Positions 28,972 to 37,664 of a DNA stretch of 46,649 nt are shown here, piece by piece. A program made the position numbers and the translations under genes. Location: sequence record SRR31156797_3200, one strand, 5' to 3'. How positions within the stretch are numbered: position 1 is the first letter of the stretch; every line of letters begins with the position of its first letter. The notes beneath the pieces are model-generated. The model was not told the DNA's origin and made no database searches. It saw only the letters and a list, made by a program, of their open reading frames with translations.

Positions 28972-31900
28972 ATGAGTAAAGCGCTAATTTCAGTTTCTTT
29001 TCTTTTTGCGATTCTGTTGGGAATTTGCAACAATAGTATTGCGCAAATAAAAACTCACGGCCTTCCTTACATAAAAAACTATAGTATTGATGATTACGAA
29101 GGAAATGCATTTGGTGCCACCCAGAACTGGTACATTTATCAGGACAGTAAAGGAATGATGTATTTTGCCAACTCAGGCGGAATATTATATTTCGATGGTG
29201 TTCACTGGAGTTTCTTAAGAGTAAATGAAACATCTACATTTCGTTCGATAAAAGGAACAACTGAAGATCAAATATTTGCAGGAGGAAAAGGAGAATTTGG
29301 ATATCTCACTAACGATAGTTTAGGTAATATTAAATATCAATCCTTGCTTAACAAGGTCCCTGAAAAAAATCGAGATTTCACAGACATATGGAATATATAT
29401 ACTATTGATGACAAAGTCATTTTTGAAACAGCCAATAAGCTTTTTATTTACGAAAATGATTCAATTAGAATAATACATACTGGAGGAAGCTTAATAAATA
29501 CTTTCAAGATAAATGATGAACTATATTTGGTGGATTTAGATGATGGATTAAAAAAACTATCCAAAAGCAAGCTAACCTCTCTTTTTAACCATAAAATATT
29601 TGACTCATATCTTTTTAAAATAAATGGGTTTAACAATCCTTTGATTGTGTCAAGGAACCATGGGTTTTATGAAATTGATGATATGAAACTAACAAAATGG
29701 AATGTTGACTCTGAAAATATAATTATCAATAAAAGACCTTATTGCGGCATAAAAATAGACGAGGAACATATTGCCATTGGAACCCAACTTGGCGGAATCT
29801 TCATTATCAATAACAAAGGAAAAGTAAAACAAGTAATTAATAAAGAAAATGGCCTTCAGGCTAATACTGTATATAATCTATATGTTGACCAAAACAAAAA
29901 CTTATGGGCTGCACTTGGCAATGGCATTAGTTATATCAAAATCAACTCACCATTCACTTATTTTAATCCATTCTTAAAAATACCCAGAAAGAACTACGAT
30001 GTTCAAATAGCAAGTAATACTATATATTTTAGCAATGAGATAGGAATACATTACAAACCCATTAAATCTGTTGATAATAATCTTAAATCTATCAATTTTG
30101 AGTCTCTCGAAGGCATTTCAGGATTATCCTACAAACTAATAAAGCATAAGGATAAAATAATTTCAACAAATAGTAATGGTATATATCTGATTAAGAAAAA
30201 TAAGGTTTTGTCGCATGCATTTAATGGCATACACTTTTGGGATATACAAAAAATCCCAGGCTTCGAAAACAAGTATTTTGGACTGTCTAACAATGGTTTA
30301 TACAAGTTTGAGGTTACTGGAAATAAAATAACGAAACCTCGAAAAGTTGAAAACTATGACAAATCCATGAGGTTCTCTGTTATAGAAAATGACACATCTA
30401 TATGGACAACAGATGAAGTTGATGGATTGAAAAGACTAGTCCTCTCAAAAGACCTTGAAATAGTTGACACAGTCATTTCTATTAATTTTGGTGAAGAAAA
30501 CATGCTAGTTTATCCATTCATTTTGAACAATCAAATTTATTCTTCATCATTCAGCGACCTATATAAAATCAAATCAAATCAATATGTAAAAGCTGATGAG
30601 CTGAAAGAAAAATACAATCTGGAAGACGTGGTATATTATTTCACCGAAGATAATTGGAATAGACTATGGATCCAAAGTGATACTAAGGTGAAATGGATAT
30701 CATCTGACGATTTAGAAATTTCTAAACCCTTTAAACCCTTCGACGGTGAAAACATTTCCAGAATGAGTGTTATTTCCTTAAAAGACGTATATTTCCCAAC
30801 AGATAAATATGTTTTACATTACGATCCCACCTATCCATTTTATGAAGATTCCAATTTCAACATTGTTTTTCATTCCATAAAAAACATTAATAATGATTCT
30901 GTCATTGTCGGAATGTACACTCACCTCTTTCAAGATAGTCTAAATCTAAATTACTCAGATTCAATATTAATCTTACCATACGATAAAAACAATCTGAGAT
31001 TTTCATATGCGGCGACTTATTACGAAAAACCTGAAGAAACAAGATACCAAATATGGTTGGAAGGGTTTGAGAACAACAATATGAATTGGACCACAGAAAC
31101 CAAAAAGGACTATACTAATTTAAGACCAGGCAATTATGTTTTCCATGTAAAAGCCAAAAACATCTACGATAATATAAGTAAAGAAAAATCAATAGCTTTT
31201 AAAATCAGACCACCTTTTTATCTTTCTTTTTGGGCATACTTAATCTACAGTATAGTCGGAGCATATATGCTATATTTAATTCTCATTTTATATACCCGAC
31301 AATTAAAAGCGCGCAATACCAAATTAGAAGAAATGGTTAGGGAGCGCACAATGGAAATTGAAACCCAAAATGAAGAGATTCTTTCCCAATCTGAACAATT
31401 AATGGAATATAATGAAGAGCTTAGAAAACTTTCAGTTGTGGCCAGCGAAGTAAATAATGCTGTATTTATTACTGACCATATGGGAAACATTGAATGGGTG
31501 AATGAAGGATTTCAAAGGGTTTATGGACACTCGTTTTATGATGTAAAACAAAAAAACAGGGCTTCATTATTTAGTCATTCCAACCCAAAATATATAGCGA
31601 ATATGTTCAAAGAAGTTCGTGAAAGCAAGCAAGCTAATACATTTGAACAAGAAGTAATAACAAAAGATGGCAAAATAACCTATGTGAATACAACACTTAC
31701 CCCATTATTAAACCCGGAAAATGAAGTAGAAAAAATTGTAGCCATTGACTCCGATATTACCAAATTAAAACAAGCAGAAAATGAGATACTGCAGCAAAAA
31801 GAAGAAATACTCAACCAAAATGAGGAACTAGATAAGCACAGGCTACATTTGGAAGACCTTGTTGATGAAAGAACCAATGAACTTAAAAAAGCTCTTGCCA

Positions 31901-32604
31901 AATCAGAAGAAAGTGACAGATTAAAGTCATCTTTTCTCATGAATATGTCGCATGAAATTCGCACACCAATGAATGCCATTGTTGGATTTTGTGAAATACT
32001 TGAAACTGAAGAAAATCCCGAAAATTGCCAAGAGTACATCAAGCAAATTACATCAAATTCAAATACATTACTTCAACTAATAGATAACATTATTAACCTC
32101 TCAAGATTAGAAAGTGAAAGCTATGAACTAACGATATCAGAATTTGATTTGAATGAATTAGTCAAACAATTGTACAATGAACATATTGACGAGTTCAAAC
32201 AAAAGAACCTAAAATTAACAATGTCAAAATCGCAACTTGAACCAATGATTGTCATTACCGACCAACAATTGTTGTATCTTACATTTAATCAATTAATTCA
32301 AAACGCACTTAAATATACTCCGGAAGGAGAGGTTACATTTGGCTATGAAATGAAACTAATAAATGGCCAAATTCAATTGATATGCTACGTACAAGACACT
32401 GGAATCGGCATGAGTAAAGATGACCAAAACAATGTATTTAAACGCTTTACAAAAATCGAAGATAATAATCAAAAATTATATCGTGGAGCAGGTATAGGAT
32501 TAGCACTCTGCCAAAGAACAATAAAACTACTCTCGGGGGATATATGGATTGAATCAGAAATAGAAGTAGGGACCACTGTCAATTTCACTTTTTCAAGCTA
32601 CTAA
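28972..32604 (+). CDS. membrane histidine kinase with beta-propeller and Y_Y_Y periplasmic sensor, PAS, HisKA, HATPase
   Basis: signal ending SIA-Q, propeller repeats, YTNLRPGNYVFHVKA, TM, PAS (IEWVNEGF), SHEIRTPMN, GAGIGL; no REC or AraC domain. Confidence 0.9.
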   Translation: MSKALISVSFLFAILLGICNNSIAQIKTHGLPYIKNYSIDDYEGNAFGATQNWYIYQDSKGMMYFANSGGILYFDGVHWSFLRVNETSTFRSIKGTTEDQIFAGGKGEFGYLTNDSLGNIKYQSLLNKVPEKNRDFTDIWNIYTIDDKVIFETANKLFIYENDSIRIIHTGGSLINTFKINDELYLVDLDDGLKKLSKSKLTSLFNHKIFDSYLFKINGFNNPLIVSRNHGFYEIDDMKLTKWNVDSENIIINKRPYCGIKIDEEHIAIGTQLGGIFIINNKGKVKQVINKENGLQANTVYNLYVDQNKNLWAALGNGISYIKINSPFTYFNPFLKIPRKNYDVQIASNTIYFSNEIGIHYKPIKSVDNNLKSINFESLEGISGLSYKLIKHKDKIISTNSNGIYLIKKNKVLSHAFNGIHFWDIQKIPGFENKYFGLSNNGLYKFEVTGNKITKPRKVENYDKSMRFSVIENDTSIWTTDEVDGLKRLVLSKDLEIVDTVISINFGEENMLVYPFILNNQIYSSSFSDLYKIKSNQYVKADELKEKYNLEDVVYYFTEDNWNRLWIQSDTKVKWISSDDLEISKPFKPFDGENISRMSVISLKDVYFPTDKYVLHYDPTYPFYEDSNFNIVFHSIKNINNDSVIVGMYTHLFQDSLNLNYSDSILILPYDKNNLRFSYAATYYEKPEETRYQIWLEGFENNNMNWTTETKKDYTNLRPGNYVFHVKAKNIYDNISKEKSIAFKIRPPFYLSFWAYLIYSIVGAYMLYLILILYTRQLKARNTKLEEMVRERTMEIETQNEEILSQSEQLMEYNEELRKLSVVASEVNNAVFITDHMGNIEWVNEGFQRVYGHSFYDVKQKNRASLFSHSNPKYIANMFKEVRESKQANTFEQEVITKDGKITYVNTTLTPLLNPENEVEKIVAIDSDITKLKQAENEILQQKEEILNQNEELDKHRLHLEDLVDERTNELKKALAKSEESDRLKSSFLMNMSHEIRTPMNAIVGFCEILETEENPENCQEYIKQITSNSNTLLQLIDNIINLSRLESESYELTISEFDLNELVKQLYNEHIDEFKQKNLKLTMSKSQLEPMIVITDQQLLYLTFNQLIQNALKYTPEGEVTFGYEMKLINGQIQLICYVQDTGIGMSKDDQNNVFKRFTKIEDNNQKLYRGAGIGLALCQRTIKLLSGDIWIESEIEVGTTVNFTFSSY

Positions 32605-32707
32605 AATCTCCTAACAAAAAGGCTTTTACGGTTTAAAGTGAAAAAACACAAAGTATTGACTCCCATTTTTTAACTCAATTATTTCCATTTAGTTAACAAT
32701 ATAATAT

Positions 32708-32715
32708 TAACTTTG
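32708..32715 (+). promoter_or_regulatory. -7 promoter element of the four-gene cassette
   Basis: TAACTTTG 46 nt before ATG 32762. Confidence 0.55.
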
Positions 32716-32761
32716 AATAGCTTAGAACAAGCTAATTTTAACAACTTATAAAAACAACGTT

Positions 32762-33436
32762 ATGTCTGAAATTACTGAAATTAAAGATGCTGTAGATGCC
32801 TGGAATCAAAATCGCAGCAATGCCAATAAAGCAAAAGCATTACTTGGCAAGGGATCAATTTTTAATATCACTCGTAATGATTTTAAAAAATGGAGTGAAA
32901 TAAAAAACAAACCAAATTGGATTTATGCTTATGGTGGCGATTTTAAGGGCATATTTAAATTTATTTTAATCGATAGTGAATCAGCTCAAAAACCACTGGA
33001 TGAAAGTACGCTTCCTTACACATTTGTAAAAGAATTCAACCGTAATTACAATGTGGATGGTTTAGATTTCTTAGCTAATCCTAAATCCGGAAATATTGAA
33101 GTAAGTGATGCACTCAAAAGAGTAATGCGGTGGGATATTATGATGGATTCATGGATTGAAGAACAAACGTCAACAAACAATACTAAAACTGGTGTTCCTA
33201 AAGCCTATAAAATTCCTTTTGAAAGTATTAAAGACTGTTTTATCAATTCAAATGTTGATGAAGTTATTGTTGTATTAGCTTTAAAACCAAATGATGACCC
33301 ATCAATTCCAGAAACAAATTATCTTGCTGATTTAACACTGTGGTCAACATCCAAATCTAAAGATAGTGGTGATCTAAAAGTTCAAAATATTGTTGCCCCT
33401 TGTCCGCCTTATTGTGATTTGCCCACATGGCCTTAA
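32762..33436 (+). CDS. cytoplasmic hypothetical protein with C-terminal PCPPYC motif
   Basis: 224 aa, no signal peptide or TM; ends NIVAPCPPYCDLPTWP; first gene of a tight operon. Confidence 0.8.
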   Translation: MSEITEIKDAVDAWNQNRSNANKAKALLGKGSIFNITRNDFKKWSEIKNKPNWIYAYGGDFKGIFKFILIDSESAQKPLDESTLPYTFVKEFNRNYNVDGLDFLANPKSGNIEVSDALKRVMRWDIMMDSWIEEQTSTNNTKTGVPKAYKIPFESIKDCFINSNVDEVIVVLALKPNDDPSIPETNYLADLTLWSTSKSKDSGDLKVQNIVAPCPPYCDLPTWP

Positions 33437-33447
33437 AAAATTAGCTT

Positions 33448-34098
33448 ATGAGTTTTATTATGCTTGCCACCATTTATGCCATTTTATTTTTTCAGGTCTT
33501 AGGAATACTTTTTTTTGCTTTCAATCGTAAAAGACTTTCATTAGAATTTAAACTTCTCGGAATATTTATTCTGGGAAGTTTTATTTTCCAAATATTTAAC
33601 ATTTATCTTTCAGATTATAACCTTTTCCTTGTTCCATTGTATGGGTTATTTGAATTTATATTGTTTTCAATATTATATGCAAAACTCATTTCAGTTAAAA
33701 ACAAAGCATTATTGGGTATCATAGCATTTATCATTTCCATATTATTAATTATCGAAGGAATTAATTCATATGTGAACCAAAACCCAGTTTCCTTCTTCTC
33801 TTATGGGAAAATAACAAGTAACTTAGCTATAATTACTTATGGTGCATTTTACATTGTTAGCACATTGCGCGATAAATCTAAAAAAATTGAGCCATACAAA
33901 ATAAACCTTAGCTTTATTATAATTGCTTTTTATGTAACAACGCTTTTAAACTTCTTAGCTATTAATTTCCTGGTAAACAACAGTTTGCAAATCGTAGGTT
34001 ATTTTTGGCAATTTCATGCATTTATTAATGTATTATTTTATGGTATTTTAACATTTCTATTATGGAAACATGGCAAAAACCCGAAGCCTTTGCATTAG
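33448..34098 (+). CDS. polytopic (~7 TM) membrane protein, putative kinase co-sensor
   Basis: seven hydrophobic segments counted by eye; overlaps the kinase start by 37 nt. Confidence 0.8.
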   Translation: MSFIMLATIYAILFFQVLGILFFAFNRKRLSLEFKLLGIFILGSFIFQIFNIYLSDYNLFLVPLYGLFEFILFSILYAKLISVKNKALLGIIAFIISILLIIEGINSYVNQNPVSFFSYGKITSNLAIITYGAFYIVSTLRDKSKKIEPYKINLSFIIIAFYVTTLLNFLAINFLVNNSLQIVGYFWQFHAFINVLFYGILTFLLWKHGKNPKPLH

Positions 34099-34841
34099 GG
34101 CTTGCAATTGTTTTTATCGTTTTTATTGCACTAACTACGTTCATTGTAGTTTTTATGCGATTGTATTTTAAACGCTTGGCTCATGAGCAAAATCAGCAGA
34201 TGGAAATGAATGTAAAACATCAAAAAGAGCTGCTTGAAAAAAGCGTAATTACACAGGAACGTGAGCGCAAACGCATAGCTTCTGAGCTACATGATGGCCT
34301 AATCTCAAAACTCAACACCATAGTTTTAATGCTTTCTACAGGCATGCAGGAAAACATCCAATCTTCGTCAGAAATGCTATCCGAGAGTATTCAACTGGCG
34401 CGAAAAATATCCCATGACTTAACCCCACCAATGCTTGAAGAAACAGATTTACAAGAACTGATCTCAGGATTTCTATATCCACTTCAAAGTTCATTTAAAA
34501 TTGAATTCAATAAATCAATCCGCAAGTCCACTGAATTAAAAGTTGAACCTAAACTTCAAATATTCAGGATATTTCAAGAGTGTATCAACAATATTATGAA
34601 ACATGCTGAGGCTTCTCAAATAATTGTTGACCTTAAACTAACTTCGAATTATTTATTACTTAAAGTGACAGACAATGGTAAAGGATTCGATCTTGAAAAG
34701 CAGAAAAACGGATTGGGATTAAATAATATGTTAATTCGCACTCAATTTTTAAATGGTTCATACAAAACAAAAACTGCCATCAATAAAGGAACAACTTTAA
34801 TTTTTGGATTTAATTTAGCAAATTTACATAATGGAAAGTAA
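34062..34841 (+). CDS. single-TM HisKA_3 histidine kinase lacking a sensor domain
   Basis: one N-terminal TM, QERERKRIASELHD, ECINNIMKHA, DNGKGF, GLGL. Confidence 0.92.
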   Translation: METWQKPEAFALGLAIVFIVFIALTTFIVVFMRLYFKRLAHEQNQQMEMNVKHQKELLEKSVITQERERKRIASELHDGLISKLNTIVLMLSTGMQENIQSSSEMLSESIQLARKISHDLTPPMLEETDLQELISGFLYPLQSSFKIEFNKSIRKSTELKVEPKLQIFRIFQECINNIMKHAEASQIIVDLKLTSNYLLLKVTDNGKGFDLEKQKNGLGLNNMLIRTQFLNGSYKTKTAINKGTTLIFGFNLANLHNGK

Positions 34842-35520
34842 TGTGATTAAATTGGCCATTGTTGATGATGAGGAGCTGGTCGTTAGGCTTTTAGAACAAT
34901 TTCTATCCAATATAGAAAACTATAGGGTAGTTATTACTGCGTATGATGGCTCTGAATTTATTGAAAAAATAAAAACTGCTGAAGAAATTCCGGACATAGC
35001 GCTCATTGATTTGCGCATGAAAAATATGGATGGAATTGAAACTGTGACAGAGCTAAAAAAGGACTTTCCAGATGTAAAAGTCATTACCATCTCATCGCAT
35101 TACAAAACCTCATTCATGGGTTATATGATGAAGGTAGGTGTCAACGCTTTCATACCCAAAGGCATTGCGCCTCAATATGTTATAGAAGTTATAGAATCTG
35201 TAAACGATAAAGGATATTATTTCACCCGTGAACAAGTTGACATTATGCGAAATCAAATTTCAAGTACAGCACCTGTTCCAGATTTAGACGACAATCCTCT
35301 TTCAGAAAGAGAAATAGAGGTTTTAGAATTATTATGTCACCAACAAACTGCACCTGAAATAGCTAAAAACCTCAACATAACACGAAAAACGGTGGAAGGA
35401 CACAGAGCCAGATTATACGTTAAAACAGGTGTGAAAAATTTAGCCGGATTGGTAATTTATGCCATACAAAATAACCTTGTTGATGTTAAAAATATAAATA
35501 TTCACAATACAGGGAAATAA
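34831..35520 (+). CDS. NarL/LuxR family response regulator
   Basis: VDDE, LIDLRM, IPK; LSEREIEVL...TVEGHR HTH. Confidence 0.93.
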   Translation: MESNVIKLAIVDDEELVVRLLEQFLSNIENYRVVITAYDGSEFIEKIKTAEEIPDIALIDLRMKNMDGIETVTELKKDFPDVKVITISSHYKTSFMGYMMKVGVNAFIPKGIAPQYVIEVIESVNDKGYYFTREQVDIMRNQISSTAPVPDLDDNPLSEREIEVLELLCHQQTAPEIAKNLNITRKTVEGHRARLYVKTGVKNLAGLVIYAIQNNLVDVKNINIHNTGK

Positions 35521-35573
35521 ACAAAACAACCTCTTTACCCTGATTAACAAACACTTAAAACAGAAACTTCGTA

Positions 35574-35616
35574 TAGGGAAAAATACCTGTTAGGTCAAAA
35601 CAGGGATTTACCCTCT
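35574..35616. promoter_or_regulatory. candidate NarL/LuxR binding boxes
   Basis: TAGGGAAAAATACCTG and CAGGGATTTACCCTCT imperfect palindromes. Confidence 0.45.
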
Positions 35617-35680
35617 AAAATAATCCAAATAGTCTTCCGATCTTTACAATACCGTTAAATGCAAAGGAAATTTTATCAAA

Positions 35681-36106
35681 ATGGAAGAACTAATGATAAA
35701 GGAAAAAAACGATGTTTTGTTGGCTAATTATTTTATTGGTTTAAAACAGCCTTTACGCAATAAGTTTATTATTAGCCTTTCAGCAAACACCCCCAATGAG
35801 AGTCTAAATGGTGAAACAGAAATTATAGTAAAAACAACTCCACCAATCAATATAGCGAACAGCCTCAAAGGCAATTACAAATATGTTTGTATTGAGCCTG
35901 AAGCATGTCATATTTTAATAACAGCGAAAGGTTATCCCAAGTATAGCTATGTCCACGATTCGGGCATTGAAAGGCCTGCCGAACCAATTTTTCATTTTCG
36001 AATGATTTTATCTGAGGATTGGAAAAGTGGTATCGCCAACTATGACTATAAGGATAAACAGGGACAGTGGCACAGCATTACGGATGCCCCCGTAAAAAGA
36101 ATATAA
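35681..36106 (+). CDS. hypothetical protein
   Basis: 141 aa ORF with ATG start, beta-rich appearance, no signal peptide. Confidence 0.65.
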   Translation: MEELMIKEKNDVLLANYFIGLKQPLRNKFIISLSANTPNESLNGETEIIVKTTPPINIANSLKGNYKYVCIEPEACHILITAKGYPKYSYVHDSGIERPAEPIFHFRMILSEDWKSGIANYDYKDKQGQWHSITDAPVKRI

Positions 36107-36196
36107 TTAAATGCGCAAAATTAACGGTTAATAAATTCCTTAATCACCCCCGCATTTATTTTAACTTTGCATATGCATTAATTATATTCTTAAAAC

Positions 36197-36239
36197 AAGA
36201 GACTATCCATAACCCACATGGATAGTTCTCTTTTTTTTT
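36197..36239 (+). terminator. intrinsic terminator
   Basis: AAGAGACTATCCAT / ATGGATAGTTCTCTT stem plus T9. Confidence 0.85.
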
Positions 36240-36272
36240 GCCAAATTGTTTATGTTAGAATATTTTATCTTA

Positions 36273-36393
36273 TATCTTTGCAGCTTATGATTAAAACTCA
36301 CACATTCAGCCAACTGGCGTCGGTATAGCAGACAGGTTTATTTCACACAAACCTGTCGACAATCCTAATTGATAAAAAGACTTCCTTTTTATC
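36273..36393 (+). promoter_or_regulatory. promoter, 13-codon leader ORF and two hairpins: candidate attenuator
   Basis: TATCTTTG 36273-80; ORF 36287-36328 (MIKTHTFSQLASV); stems 36331-57 and 36371-93. Confidence 0.5.
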
Positions 36394-36499
36394 TATACTG
36401 ATTTATATATCATTTTGAGCTTTTAAGATATTGCACTAACTTGTTATGTTAGATAAGATGCATTTTTTTGAATTAGGCTCAACTCTAAAAAACAAAACA

Positions 36500-37594
36500 A
36501 TGACACTACAAGATTTAGGATTTAATACCGAATTAGAAAAATATATTCAAATAAATAACCTTTCAGATTTTATTATTGGACGTATATCTGCAGAGCACAA
36601 AGAACGGTATGAAGTACGCACCGAAAAACAAACCTATGAAGCAGAAATATTGGGTAACATCAGATTTGCAGCCAAAACTCGCGCTGATTTTCCTGCAGTT
36701 GGTGATTGGGTAGCCATGATGGAGTTTGATGCTGACAAAGCTTTGATTCACCAAATTTTACCTCGACAAACCATTTTGGAAAGACAATCGGTGAATAAGT
36801 TTGGGGAAAAACAAATTATAGCTACCAACATCGACTTTGCAATGATTGTACAGGCTGTTGATCGCGATTTCAGCATTAACAGATTACAACGTTATTTAAC
36901 AATTTGCTTCAATGCAAAAGTGCAACCCATCATAATACTCAACAAAATTGATCTCATTGATGATGATAAAGTAATGCAATTAAAGAATAGTGTTTTAAAA
37001 TTAGCTAATGATATTCCTGTAATTACTTTAAGTAATTTAACAAAACAAGGAATAGAAAAAGTTAATGAGCAAATTAAAAAAGGTAAAACCTATTGCTTAT
37101 TAGGTTCATCCGGTGTGGGGAAATCCACACTCATCAACTTGTTGGCAAACCAATCGTTAATGGATACAGGAGAAATCAGTGATAGTACTCAAAGAGGAAA
37201 GCATGTAACCACACACCGTGAGTTAATCGTACTGGACAATGGTGGCTTGCTCATTGACAATCCCGGGATGCGGGAAGTAGGAATCACAGATGTATCAGAA
37301 GGACTTGAGCAAACTTTCGAGAAAATAACGGAAGCAGCTACTGAATGTAAATACAGCGATTGCACTCACAGCAACGAAGATGGATGTGCTGTGCTTGCAT
37401 TGCTTGATCAAGGTGAAATTGATTTGGACTCTTATGAAAACTATATGAAGATGGAACGAGAGAAAGCACACTTTGAATCAACCGTAGCTGAAAAACGCAA
37501 AAAAGACAAAGCTTTTGGTAAAATGCTGAAAAATATCAAAAGTGATTTAGACCAGCTAAGCGAAAAGCATAAAGGAGCTTACAAGAAAAAATGA
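36500..37594 (+). CDS. rsgA: ribosome small subunit-dependent GTPase A family protein (probable paralogue)
   Basis: AVGDWV, NKID, GSSGVGKST, TTH, DNPG, CKYSDCTH...GC zinc finger; start set at MTLQDLG. Confidence 0.92.
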   Translation: MTLQDLGFNTELEKYIQINNLSDFIIGRISAEHKERYEVRTEKQTYEAEILGNIRFAAKTRADFPAVGDWVAMMEFDADKALIHQILPRQTILERQSVNKFGEKQIIATNIDFAMIVQAVDRDFSINRLQRYLTICFNAKVQPIIILNKIDLIDDDKVMQLKNSVLKLANDIPVITLSNLTKQGIEKVNEQIKKGKTYCLLGSSGVGKSTLINLLANQSLMDTGEISDSTQRGKHVTTHRELIVLDNGGLLIDNPGMREVGITDVSEGLEQTFEKITEAATECKYSDCTHSNEDGCAVLALLDQGEIDLDSYENYMKMEREKAHFESTVAEKRKKDKAFGKMLKNIKSDLDQLSEKHKGAYKKK

Positions 37595-37600
37595 ACCCTT

Positions 37601-37644
37601 TCTCCTTTCAGCGCTAAATTTTGTGCTGAAAGGAGATTCTTTAT
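37601..37644 (+). terminator. hairpin/terminator after rsgA
   Basis: TCTCCTTTCAGCGC / GTGCTGAAAGGAGA 14-bp stem, then TTCTTTAT. Confidence 0.65.
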
Positions 37645-37664
37645 ATCAATTAACAATAAAGGCC

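Noticed and set aside
32762-33436. Thioredoxin or classical RiPP/AgrD precursor
   Set aside because: The Cys pair is CxxxC at the extreme C-terminus rather than CxxC in a thioredoxin fold; the protein is long and no modifying enzyme or exporter is adjacent
33448-34098. Microbial rhodopsin
   Set aside because: No retinal-binding Lys motif in the seventh helix
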